Shown piece after piece: positions 31,087-40,182 of a DNA stretch of 64,000 nt. How positions within the stretch are numbered: the first letter of the stretch is position 1; every line of letters begins with the position of its first letter. The DNA lies in contig CAVXXK010000001.1 in NCBI GenBank assembly GCA_963765675.1, positions 416,001 through 480,000 on the forward strand, written 5' to 3'. Below the pieces are notes generated by a model. That model saw only the letters and a program-made list of their open reading frames with translations, did not search any database and was not told the DNA's origin. This DNA is from an uncultured delta proteobacterium. GTDB lineage: Bacteria; Desulfobacterota; Binatia; Binatales; Binataceae. A program made the position numbers and the translations under genes.

Positions 31087-31425
31087 TTAGTGCATGTACC
31101 AAAAGGCCATTCCCAGACTAACGATTGTTAGTCCGATTGCCGAAGTGCCAAGCCCCAACGATAGCGTCTCGTCTATTCGCCCTGAGGGCGTCAGCAGATA
31201 AAGTGGCGTTAGCGTTGTCGCGCAGTTCATAAATCCCAACACCGCCAAGAAACGACACAGCTTTCGTAGCGTGATCGCGATCTGCGGTCTCTCTATCTCC
31301 GGCTGGGACATGTAGAGCGCGTATACGGAATAAAAGATTCCGAAAACTCCGAAGAGGATTGCTCCGAACGCCAAAGACGCCGTGAACAGCGTCGCCAGAA
31401 ACTCAGTCTGATTCAATTCTCCCAC
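31087..31425 (-). CDS. Hypothetical membrane protein (about 3 TM)
   Basis: Three hydrophobic segments in 112 aa; lower GC than flanks. Confidence 0.55.
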   Translation of the reverse strand: MGELNQTEFLATLFTASLAFGAILFGVFGIFYSVYALYMSQPEIERPQIAITLRKLCRFLAVLGFMNCATTLTPLYLLTPSGRIDETLSLGLGTSAIGLTIVSLGMAFWYMH

Positions 31426-31572
31426 CCTGCAGAGCCAGCCTACCTAACTAGCTGTTCACTAGCGGTCAGCGCAAGTGCTCCACAAGAGTCGTCCGCTCGC
31501 GCCGAACTACGTCCCCTTGAATGGTTTGTATGATGTTCCACAGAGCACCGCCAATAGAGGCCTTCCCGTGCA

Positions 31573-32211
31573 TCATCCCTTGCGCGGGACGAAGTATTGC
31601 GTGCCGGGGCCGGCGGCGTCGATCTCGCGGATCAGATCCGTCAGATCGGCGGGATTGGCGACGAAATCTATCTCCGACGAATCCACTACGAGCAGCGGGG
31701 CTTCATCGTAGTAGAAAAAGAAGTCGCGATATGCCGACGAGACGCGATCCAGATATTCGTAGCTGATGTGCTTCTCGAAGTCGCGATTGCGCTTGCGCAG
31801 GCGCTCGCCCAGCACCTCGACGCGGGCGCGCACGTAGACCACCAGGTCGGGCTTGGCCATCTGAGCGTCCACCAGCTTGTACACGCCTTCGTAGAGTTTG
31901 AGCTCGTCGGGCGCGAGATTCAGATTGGCGAAAATCCGATCCTTGGCGAACAGATAATCCGCAACCGTCGCCTGTTCGAAGAGATCGCGCTGCAACAGTT
32001 CGCGCTGCTGATTGTAGCGCGTGAGCAGAAAGTAAAGCTGCGCGGGAAAGGCGTACTTTTCGGGCTCGGCGTAAAAGCGCGGCAGGAAGGGATTGTTGTC
32101 GGCGTCTTCGAGCAGCAGCCGCGCGCTCAATTCCTTAGCCAGCATCTGCGCCAGACTGGTTTTGCCGACGCCGATCGGTCCTTCGACGGCAATATAGCCG
32201 CGCCGCTTCAT
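31573..32211 (-). CDS. Deoxynucleoside kinase
   Basis: EGPIGVGKTS P-loop, QLYFL, DYLFAKDRIFA, PDLVVY. Confidence 0.9.
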   Translation of the reverse strand: MKRRGYIAVEGPIGVGKTSLAQMLAKELSARLLLEDADNNPFLPRFYAEPEKYAFPAQLYFLLTRYNQQRELLQRDLFEQATVADYLFAKDRIFANLNLAPDELKLYEGVYKLVDAQMAKPDLVVYVRARVEVLGERLRKRNRDFEKHISYEYLDRVSSAYRDFFFYYDEAPLLVVDSSEIDFVANPADLTDLIREIDAAGPGTQYFVPRKG

Positions 32212-32273
32212 CAGGTATGCGGTTTCAGCCCTGCGCGTTTCGCGCCGCGTGCTGCGAGTCTCGCGCGCGAGGG

Positions 32274-33167
32274 TCAGCCCTTCTTGCGATGCTTCTTCGC
32301 CTCGTCACGCAGCTTCTTGACCTCGGCGTCGGGCGCGCCACCGCGCTCCTCGAGGTCGGCCGCGGTATCGTAATCGGGCGGAGTGCGGCGGAGATAGACC
32401 TGCGCCAGCTCGATATTGGCGCTCTTGTTGTCGGGATCGAAAGTGAGGACATCATTCAGCAGCCGGAACGTCGCGTCCGGCGTGCCCGCCGAGTTGGCGG
32501 CCTCGTTGGCTGAATGCAGCACGGCATCCGATGCGGGGTCGAGTGTATGCTTTCCCTGCGCTTCGGCCAGCATGATATAGCCGCGGACCGCCTGGTCGTA
32601 GGTCGTGACCGCATCCGCGTATTTCTTGTCTTTGACCTGCTGGTCGCCCTGCTGCACGACCATCGGCACCGCCTGCGCGACCACGGCGGTAACCTTGGCG
32701 CGGGTCGATTGGCTATGCGTCGCAAGCAGCGCGTCCTTGAGCGCGGCCATCCCGCCCGCGGTGTCGCCCGACTTGATCTGGTCGAGCGCCTTGTTTGCGT
32801 TATCGACCATCTCCTGGATCGCGCGGTACATCCGCGCCTTCTGCATCAGCTTCTGATCGGTCGGGTCAAGGGCAGAGGCTTCGTTGAAGTCCTTGCCGGC
32901 GTCATCCTGATGCCCCAGCACTTCGTCGAGCTGGCCCAGCAGCTTCCACGCGTCGAGGTTCTTGGGGTCGTCCTTGACCGCCTCGTGCAGCATGTCGCGC
33001 GATTGTTCGAGCAGCTTCTCGCGATCGTCGGGAGAAGATTCCATCGCTTTCTTGGCGGTGTCGTTGGCCTGAAAGACCAGCTTCTCGGACTTGGTCTGGC
33101 ATCCGCTGATGACCGGAAGCAGAAGCAGGATTGGAATGATCAGCGCGCGCGCGACGGCTCTTCGCAT
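32274..33167 (-). CDS. TPR-repeat lipoprotein
   Basis: Lipobox ISGC; TPR-like helices (DPKNLDAWKLLG, DPDNKSANIELA). Confidence 0.7.
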   Translation of the reverse strand: MRRAVARALIIPILLLLPVISGCQTKSEKLVFQANDTAKKAMESSPDDREKLLEQSRDMLHEAVKDDPKNLDAWKLLGQLDEVLGHQDDAGKDFNEASALDPTDQKLMQKARMYRAIQEMVDNANKALDQIKSGDTAGGMAALKDALLATHSQSTRAKVTAVVAQAVPMVVQQGDQQVKDKKYADAVTTYDQAVRGYIMLAEAQGKHTLDPASDAVLHSANEAANSAGTPDATFRLLNDVLTFDPDNKSANIELAQVYLRRTPPDYDTAADLEERGGAPDAEVKKLRDEAKKHRKKG

Positions 33168-33273
33168 CGACGTTCTTCCTCTCGAGGATTATCACCCGAC
33201 GGACGGGTCGGGATGAGTTTTCAGGCAACGCGACGGGATTGTCAAGGCGGGAGCAGCCGCGATGGCCGCGCGA

Positions 33274-34218
33274 TCAGTCCGCGGGCATCGGGAGCGGGAA
33301 ATGCACGCGCTCTTTGGCGACGCTCATCAGCTCGACGGCGGCGCCGCGATCCGCGAACGCGCCGATAATCTCCTCGACCAGCCATTCCGGTGAAGAGGCG
33401 CTCGCGGTCAGTCCCAGAGCCTTCACTCCGGCGAGCATCTGGTCCTCGACGTCGGCCAGCGAATCGACCAGAAAAGCGCGTGCGCCGCGCTGGCGGGCAA
33501 CCTCGACCAGGCGGTTCGCATTCGAGCTTTGTTTCGATCCTACCACCAGCACCGCGTCCGAAACGGCGACCAGCTCCTTGACCGCGTTCTGCCGATTCTG
33601 GGTCGCGTAGCAGATGTCGTCGGTCTTGGGCGTGAGCATCGCGGGAAAGCGCGTTCTGAGCGTCTCCATGATCTCGCGGGTGTCGTCGACGCTGAGCGTC
33701 GTCTGGGTGACCGCCGCGCATCGCGACGGATCGGAAATCTCACACGCGCGCGCCTCATCGACCGAACCCACCAGCACGACTTTGCCGGGAGCGACGCCGA
33801 GGGTGCCCTTCACTTCCTCGTGTCCCTGATGCCCGACCAGCACGACGGTGCGCCCTTCGTTGGCGTAGCGCTCGACTTCGTCGTGGACCTTGGTCACCAA
33901 GGGGCATGTCGCATCGATCACGCGCAGGCGGCGGTCCTTGGCATGATCCCACTCGCTCGGTGCCACGCCGTGCGCGCTGAAGATGACGCGCTGGCCCGCA
34001 GGGACCGCGTCGAGGCTATCGACGAAGATCGCGCCCTCGGCCTCGAGCGCCTCTAGCACGAAGCGATTGTGCACGATCTGGTGCCGCACATAGAGCGGTC
34101 GCCCGAACGAACGCAGAGCACCGCGCACCGCCTCGACCGCGCGATCAACGCCGGCGCAGAAGCCGCGAGGCTCGGCAAGGATGATCTTTTCAACGGAAGT
34201 TTCGCCCAATGACATCAT
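33274..34218 (-). CDS. ispH: 4-hydroxy-3-methylbut-2-enyl diphosphate reductase
   Basis: PRGFCAGVDRA, IVHN, SAHG, DATCPLV, ICYATQNRQ, SSN. Confidence 0.95.
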   Translation of the reverse strand: MMSLGETSVEKIILAEPRGFCAGVDRAVEAVRGALRSFGRPLYVRHQIVHNRFVLEALEAEGAIFVDSLDAVPAGQRVIFSAHGVAPSEWDHAKDRRLRVIDATCPLVTKVHDEVERYANEGRTVVLVGHQGHEEVKGTLGVAPGKVVLVGSVDEARACEISDPSRCAAVTQTTLSVDDTREIMETLRTRFPAMLTPKTDDICYATQNRQNAVKELVAVSDAVLVVGSKQSSNANRLVEVARQRGARAFLVDSLADVEDQMLAGVKALGLTASASSPEWLVEEIIGAFADRGAAVELMSVAKERVHFPLPMPAD

Positions 34219-34247
34219 CTGAGATGTATCCAACGCTGTCCGTTCGG

Positions 34248-34955
34248 TCAATGCGAGTGTTCCGGCTCCGGCGGGTGCGAGGTTTGGCAGCCTATCCAGA
34301 CTTCGCCGCCTTCGAAGTGTTCTTTTTTCCAGATTGGCACCACTTCTTTTAGACGATCGATTGCGAAGCGGCAGGCTTCGAAGGCTTCGGCGCGATGCGC
34401 CGCGGCAACCGCAATCGCTACCGAGGTCTCGCCTATCTCGACGACGCCGATCCGGTGCGCGATCGCGATTCGCACTATCGGCCACCTTTTGCCCGCCTCG
34501 CGCGCGAGCTTGCGCATCTCGCGCAGTGCCATCGGCTCGTAGGCTTCGTACTCGAGGCGCGTGACTTGGCGGCCCGCGTTGGTCTGGCGGGTCGTTCCGG
34601 CGAACGTGACGAGCGCGCCCGCGGCGGGGCTTGAAACGGCGCGCTCGAGCGCTGCTATATCGATCGGCGCGCGCCCGATCGTTATCGGGCCAATAAAGGA
34701 ATCATCCGCGCCGCCGCTGACTGGCGGGATGAACGCGATCTCGTCGCCCGCGTGCGGCTTGAAATCACCCTCGACGTATTCCTGGTTGACCGCGAAGCCG
34801 ACGGAATCGCGATGACCGCCGAGCGCGGGGAACTCGCGCACCATCGCACGCCAGATTTCCGCGACCGTGGTGCCGTCGGGAAATTCCCGCGAGAGTTCTG
34901 TCTGCCCCGCGCGCTCGCGCAGCGTCGCAAAAAGCTTGAGCGTGATTCGATTCAT
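34248..34955 (-). CDS. Molybdopterin synthase MoaD-MoaE fusion
   Basis: MoaD ending IPPVSGG is fused in frame to MoaE (LEYEAY, HRAEAF, PIWKKE). Confidence 0.9.
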   Translation of the reverse strand: MNRITLKLFATLRERAGQTELSREFPDGTTVAEIWRAMVREFPALGGHRDSVGFAVNQEYVEGDFKPHAGDEIAFIPPVSGGADDSFIGPITIGRAPIDIAALERAVSSPAAGALVTFAGTTRQTNAGRQVTRLEYEAYEPMALREMRKLAREAGKRWPIVRIAIAHRIGVVEIGETSVAIAVAAAHRAEAFEACRFAIDRLKEVVPIWKKEHFEGGEVWIGCQTSHPPEPEHSH

Positions 34956-34962
34956 CGCGCGG

Positions 34963-35460
34963 TCACTCCGCGAGCAGATACGCGATATGCCCGATCTCGG
35001 GCAGGATCAGTTTTTCCATCGCGAGCCGGCACGCGGCGGTAGAGCCGGGCAGCGCCGCGATGAATTTTCCGTGGACGATTCCGGCGACCGCCCGCGAGAG
35101 CATCGCGGCCGCGCCGACCTCCTGGTACGAGAGCATCCGGAATATCTCACCGAATCCGTCGAGCTTCTTTTCGAGCATCGGCTCAACCGCCTCGATCGTC
35201 GAGTCGCGCCGCGCCACCCCGGTCCCGCCGGTTACGATAATCGCGTCGAGATTGGGCAGGTTCGCGGTTATCGCCGCCGCGATCTGCTCGCGCTCGTCAG
35301 GAATGACTTCGTAGTGGGCGACGACGTGCCCTGCGACTTCCAGCATCTGGCGGATCAGCGCGCCGCTGCGGTCAGTCTCGGCGATACGCGTATCGCTGGC
35401 GGTGATTATTCCGACCCGGAGATTTCGGCGCCCGTGCGCGTGATGCTCGTGCGATGCCAT
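34963..35460 (-). CDS. moaB: Molybdopterin adenylyltransferase MoaB/MogA
   Basis: SDTR, TGGTG..RDST.EA, AAMLSRAVAG, LPGS. Confidence 0.88.
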   Translation of the reverse strand: MASHEHHAHGRRNLRVGIITASDTRIAETDRSGALIRQMLEVAGHVVAHYEVIPDEREQIAAAITANLPNLDAIIVTGGTGVARRDSTIEAVEPMLEKKLDGFGEIFRMLSYQEVGAAAMLSRAVAGIVHGKFIAALPGSTAACRLAMEKLILPEIGHIAYLLAE

Positions 35461-35629
35461 TTCTTCACCAAACCGCTTGCGCCCCGATTATATGCATCAA
35501 TTACAAATCGCGCACCCGGCTCGGTTACGTCTTGACATCACCCCCATGACTCGCGCGGCCCGTATGCTACTCTCTAAGGCTGATTCTGCGACGGGTTGTA
35601 GTGCCTGGCGCGCGATGAGGGGGACGACG

Positions 35630-36796
35630 ATGCGGCTGATGATGACGCGGTTGATGAAGGTATCGGCGGCGGTGGCGGTGCTGATGCTGGGGGCGGCGGC
35701 GACTGCGCGAGCAGGCAGCGTTCCCGACATCAAGAGCAGTCCGATCCAGAATCAGGTCCTGATCGCCGGCGGCGAAGATATGCCCGGCGACGCGCTGGAT
35801 ACCGCCGAGCTTTACAACCCCAATCTTCAGACCTTCACCCTCGTCACCACCACGATGAGCGACGCGCGGATGTATCACACCTGCACGCGCATCAATGGCA
35901 AGCTGCTGCTGATCACCGGTGGCGAGAACGCGACCTCAACGGCGCTGGGGAGCGCCGATCTGTTCACCGTCAAAACCCTGGCGCTGACACCCACGCATGA
36001 GATGATGGTCTCGCCGCATACGCGGCAAACCGCGACGCTGACCAAAGCGGGCAAGGTGCTTATCGCTGGCGGGCTCGATGATACCGGCGCGGTGACCGGC
36101 GTCGCCGAGAACTTTAAGGATAATGCGGGAGGAACCTTCACCGCCGCCGCCAATCCTCTGCGCACCAAACGCGAGTTCGCCACCGCGACGAAGATCAAGG
36201 GCGGCCTGGTGCTGATTGCCGGCGGAATCGGTGCGGGCCCCGTGGTGCTGCAAAACGCCGAGATCTTCAATATCGCCAACGGCACGTTCAATTACACCCT
36301 CGGCAACATGGTCAATCGCCGGTACGATCACACGGCGACGCTACTCAACAACGGCAACGTTCTGATCACCGGCGGATACAATAGCAATGGCGTCCCGCTC
36401 AGCACGGCGGAGATTTTCAACCCTACCACCCGGTTATTCACCGCGGTGGGATCCATGAACTACGCGCGCGCGCAGCACACCGCGACGCTGCTGCAGGGCG
36501 GCCGAGTCTTTATCGCGGGAGGAGTGGGAACCTCGAAAATTCTCGCCACCGCCGAGATTTATGATCCAACGAGCGGTAGTTTCACCACCGTGGGACCGAC
36601 GATGACCGACAGCCGCGCCGGCCATACTGCCACCCTGCTCAACAATGGCACGGTGCTGATCGCGGGCGGAGTCGACCAGGCTGGCGTGATCGTGAACACT
36701 GCGGAGATTTACAATTCGGCGGGTTCGAGCAGCTTCAAGGCCACCGGTTCAATGAACTCGGCACGCATCTATCACACGGCCGTGCTCATCAAATAG
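35630..36796 (+). CDS. Secreted kelch-repeat beta-propeller protein
   Basis: Signal peptide plus seven repeats of R..HTAT.L..G.VLIAGG...AEIY. Confidence 0.85.
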   Translation: MRLMMTRLMKVSAAVAVLMLGAAATARAGSVPDIKSSPIQNQVLIAGGEDMPGDALDTAELYNPNLQTFTLVTTTMSDARMYHTCTRINGKLLLITGGENATSTALGSADLFTVKTLALTPTHEMMVSPHTRQTATLTKAGKVLIAGGLDDTGAVTGVAENFKDNAGGTFTAAANPLRTKREFATATKIKGGLVLIAGGIGAGPVVLQNAEIFNIANGTFNYTLGNMVNRRYDHTATLLNNGNVLITGGYNSNGVPLSTAEIFNPTTRLFTAVGSMNYARAQHTATLLQGGRVFIAGGVGTSKILATAEIYDPTSGSFTTVGPTMTDSRAGHTATLLNNGTVLIAGGVDQAGVIVNTAEIYNSAGSSSFKATGSMNSARIYHTAVLIK

Positions 36797-36891
36797 CCGC
36801 GGCAGTTGCGCACAACCGCGCTGTCAGAGTCGATAGCATTCGCGTTGGCGGCGCGCGATCTGTATGAGTTCCTATGCTCCGCGACGCCGCA

Positions 36892-37602
36892 ATGACTGAA
36901 GAGTCCAACTCCAAACCACGCGAACGCCGCGCATGGCCGTGGCTCGTAGTGGTCGCGCTTGCGCTGGTCGCCGTGATCCTGCTGGGGCGGCGCTTCGGCG
37001 GCGAACTCTCGATCCTGCTCGACCGGATCCGGACCCTCGGACCCGCCGCGCCAATCGCGTTTATCGCGATCTACATCGTCGCCTGCGTATTGTTCATTCC
37101 CGGATCGATTCTGACGATCGGCGCCGGAGTGTTGTTCGGCGTCGTATGGGGTTCGATCTATGTCTCGATCGCGGCGACGGCCGGTGCGAGCGCCGCGTTT
37201 ATACTCGGGCGATATTTTTTGCGCGCGATGGTCGCACGGCGGATCGAGGGCAACCGGTCATTCAAGGCGATCGATGAAGCGGTTGCGCGCGAAGGATGGA
37301 AAATCGTCGCGCTCACCCGCCTGTCACCGGTCTTCCCGTTCAACCTGCTGAACTATGCTTTCGGTCTGACCCGCGTCTCGTTTGCCGACTATGTAATCGC
37401 ATCGTGGGCCGGGATGATCCCCGGCACCGTGATGTACGTCTATATCGGCTCGATAAGCGGAGACCTTGCGCGCGCCGCGTCGGGGAATCATCCGCGTCCC
37501 GCTGCGGGATGGATCCTCAATGTGGTCGGCCTGGTGGCGACAATCGCGGTAGCGGTCTATGCGACGCGGATCGGCTCGCGCGCGCTCAAAGAGCGGACTT
37601 GA
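36892..37602 (+). CDS. TVP38/TMEM64 (VTT/DedA) membrane protein
   Basis: PGSILTIGAG, LTRLSPVFPFNLLNYAFGLT, GMIPGT. Confidence 0.9.
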   Translation: MTEESNSKPRERRAWPWLVVVALALVAVILLGRRFGGELSILLDRIRTLGPAAPIAFIAIYIVACVLFIPGSILTIGAGVLFGVVWGSIYVSIAATAGASAAFILGRYFLRAMVARRIEGNRSFKAIDEAVAREGWKIVALTRLSPVFPFNLLNYAFGLTRVSFADYVIASWAGMIPGTVMYVYIGSISGDLARAASGNHPRPAAGWILNVVGLVATIAVAVYATRIGSRALKERT

Positions 37603-37632
37603 GGCAGCAGGATCGCGAGAGGGAAATCCCCG

Positions 37633-39156
37633 ATGGATTGGCAGTCGCTCGAAATCATCCCGCTTGATGATCATAACCTCGCCCTGCTGGAAAATGTTCA
37701 TCCCGCCGAATGGACGAATCCCACGCCTTCTGGACGTTACAACCTGGTCGTCGTCGGAGCCGGCACCGCGGGGCTGGTCTCCGCAGTCGGTGCAGCGGGT
37801 CTGGGCGCAAAGGTTGCCGTCATCGAGCGTGACCTGATGGGTGGCGATTGCCTGAACTTCGGATGCGTTCCGTCCAAGGCGCTAATCGCCTCGGCGCGGG
37901 CGGCCGCGGGGGCGCGTGCCGCGCACGAATTTGGAATCGAAGTGCCGCTCGGAGTTCGCGCGGACTTCGCAGCCGTCGCCGCGCGGATGCGCGCGCTGCG
38001 CGCATCGGTTGCGCACAATGATTCGGCGGCGCGCCTGCGCGATCTCGGAGTCGACGTATATTTCGGCGCCGCGCGGTTCGTCGCTCGCGACGCGGTCGAG
38101 GTCGAGGGCACGCGGCTCACCTTTCGCCGCGCCGCAATCGCAACCGGAGCGCGCGCCTCCGCTCCGGCGATTCCCGGACTTGCGGAAACCGGTTACCTGA
38201 CCAACGAAACCGTTTTCTCGATGACCGAGTTGCCGGCGCGGCTCGCGATAATCGGTGGCGGCCCGATCGGATGCGAGCTGGCGCAGGCGCTGCGGCGTCT
38301 CGGCGCCGAGGTCACACTGCTGGAAGTCCTGCCGCACGTGCTCGCGCGCGAAGATCGCGACGCCGCCGAAGCAGTCGAGGCCGCGCTCCGGCGCGACGGC
38401 GTTGCGATCGCCGACGGCTGCACGATCCTTCGGGTCGAGCGCCGCGGCCATGACAAGATTCTGCGTATCGAATCTGAACACGCGCAGTCGGAAATCGCGG
38501 TTGACCAAATTATCGTCGGCGCGGGACGCGCTCCAGCCGTCGACGGGCTTGGACTCGAAGCCGCCGGGGTCGCGTACGATCGCGTCGCGGGAATCCATGT
38601 CGATGACTACCTGCGCACCAGCAATTCGCGCATCTACGCCGCCGGAGATTGCGCGTCAGCGCTCAAGTTCACGCATCTGTCGGACGCACACGCGCGAATC
38701 GTTTTGCGCAACGCCCTGTTCCGCGGCCGCCAGAAGGTGAGCGCGCTCACGATCCCGTGGTGCACCTATACCGATCCGGAAATCGCACACGTCGGCCTTG
38801 GCGAGGAAGAGGCACGCGAGCGAGGAATCAAGATCACCACCTTCACGCAGCCGATGGCGGAGGTCGATCGCGCGATCCTGGAGGGACAGACCCACGGCTT
38901 CGTGAAGATTCACGTCCGCGCCGGAACCGATCAGATCGTCGGCGCGACAATCGTCGCAGCGCACGCGGGCGAGATGATTTCCGAAATCACGCTTGCGATG
39001 ACCGCCGCAGTGGGGCTCGGCAAGCTCGGCGACGTGATTCATCCCTATCCGACCCAGGCCGAGGCGATTCGAAAGGTCGCGAATCAGTACGCGCGCACCC
39101 GGCTCACGCCGTTTGCGGCGAAGCTGTTCAAGCGATGGTTCGCATGGACCCGCTAG
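37633..39156 (+). CDS. Pyridine nucleotide-disulfide oxidoreductase (Lpd/mercuric-reductase-like)
   Basis: GAGTAG, GGDCLNFGCVPSK, GGGPIG, HPYPTQAE; no C-terminal CysCys. Confidence 0.88.
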   Translation: MDWQSLEIIPLDDHNLALLENVHPAEWTNPTPSGRYNLVVVGAGTAGLVSAVGAAGLGAKVAVIERDLMGGDCLNFGCVPSKALIASARAAAGARAAHEFGIEVPLGVRADFAAVAARMRALRASVAHNDSAARLRDLGVDVYFGAARFVARDAVEVEGTRLTFRRAAIATGARASAPAIPGLAETGYLTNETVFSMTELPARLAIIGGGPIGCELAQALRRLGAEVTLLEVLPHVLAREDRDAAEAVEAALRRDGVAIADGCTILRVERRGHDKILRIESEHAQSEIAVDQIIVGAGRAPAVDGLGLEAAGVAYDRVAGIHVDDYLRTSNSRIYAAGDCASALKFTHLSDAHARIVLRNALFRGRQKVSALTIPWCTYTDPEIAHVGLGEEEARERGIKITTFTQPMAEVDRAILEGQTHGFVKIHVRAGTDQIVGATIVAAHAGEMISEITLAMTAAVGLGKLGDVIHPYPTQAEAIRKVANQYARTRLTPFAAKLFKRWFAWTR

Positions 39157-39171
39157 CGCTGGAGGCTTTGT

Positions 39172-39375
39172 TCAGCGCAGGCGCAGATTGAATGCTTGCC
39201 GCCCCTTCTCTCCGGGACGAACCTCGAACTGCACCTCCGCGCCCTCGCGCAGATCCTCGAAATAAACTTTGGGCGACAGCCGCGATCGATGGAAAAATAC
39301 TTCGTCGCCGCCGTCGTCGGGCTCGATAAATCCAAACCCCTTGTCCTTGACGACTTTCTTGATCGTGCCAAACAC
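39172..39375 (-). CDS. Cold-shock domain protein
   Basis: KGFGFI (RNP1), VFFHRS (RNP2); GGAGG RBS. Confidence 0.9.
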   Translation of the reverse strand: MFGTIKKVVKDKGFGFIEPDDGGDEVFFHRSRLSPKVYFEDLREGAEVQFEVRPGEKGRQAFNLRLR

Positions 39376-39476
39376 TGCGTTGTCCTCCGACGATGCTTTG
39401 GTAGCCGCTATTGTTGAGCTTACGGCGCCGTCACCGTATGTAAAGGGAATCGCGCGCCGCGCGGGATGATTAAATT

Positions 39477-39710
39477 ATGCTGAAAGCCGTCACCCTGAAG
39501 GAAATCGAGCGGATTTTCGAAATCCTCGACGCGATGAACATCTCGCGCGAGGCGGTCGTCATCCCGCTGCGCCCGGAGCATCCCGGCCGCGTCTCGATCA
39601 TGAAGGATGGCAAGCTCGAAATCGTGGTCGAGCGCGACGGCGACTTCGAGGACTGGGTCAGTGGGCTTCGCGCTCAGATTGATTCGCTGATGAACCCGGA
39701 ACCGGACTAA
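39477..39710 (+). CDS. Small hypothetical protein
   Basis: Host-like codon usage, globular-looking 77 aa, divergent from csp. Confidence 0.6.
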   Translation: MLKAVTLKEIERIFEILDAMNISREAVVIPLRPEHPGRVSIMKDGKLEIVVERDGDFEDWVSGLRAQIDSLMNPEPD

Positions 39711-40182
39711 GCTCGACCAACACCGCGCCGTGATCGATATTGTCGCCTGGCGCGACGCGCACCCGCTTGACCATCGCGTCGCTCTCGGCCGCAAGCGCGG
39801 TCTCCATCTTCATCGCTTCGATCACGACCAGCGGCTGTCCCGCGGACACACGGTCGCCGTCCTTGACCAACACCTTGAGCACCTTACCGGGCATCGGCGC
39901 AGTCACCTCGGACGCGGCCAGTCCGCCACGCGCGCGGCGCGCGCCAGATTCGGCGGGAACGAAATCGAATGTGCGCGGCCCGACGGCGACCAGGATCGCG
40001 TCTTTTCGGCGCGCGCCGAGAATCCGAAACCGCCGCTCGCCGATCGACAGGATCGCGCTCGCGTCGCCGAGCTGGTCGATCGTGGCCGATACGTCGCGAC
40101 CGTCAACGCGAGCGCGAATCGCGCGTCCTTCGCGCGAAATAATCTCGACCTCATGCTCTGTCGCACCGAGCTTGAGTTTCAC
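39658..40182 (-). CDS. Biotin/lipoyl carrier protein
   Basis: APMPGKV, EAMKME; GTG start overlaps the upstream stop. Confidence 0.88.
   Translation of the reverse strand: MKLKLGATEHEVEIISREGRAIRARVDGRDVSATIDQLGDASAILSIGERRFRILGARRKDAILVAVGPRTFDFVPAESGARRARGGLAASEVTAPMPGKVLKVLVKDGDRVSAGQPLVVIEAMKMETALAAESDAMVKRVRVAPGDNIDHGAVLVELSPVPGSSANQSEREAH

Noticed and set aside
35750-36790. Periodic repeats suggesting a CRISPR-like array
   Set aside because: Repeats are degenerate, in frame and encode kelch blades; no cas genes in the window
37633-39156. Mercury resistance (merA)
   Set aside because: No C-terminal Cys-Cys, no NmerA domain and no mer genes; the pairing with TVP38 is typical of a non-MerA subfamily
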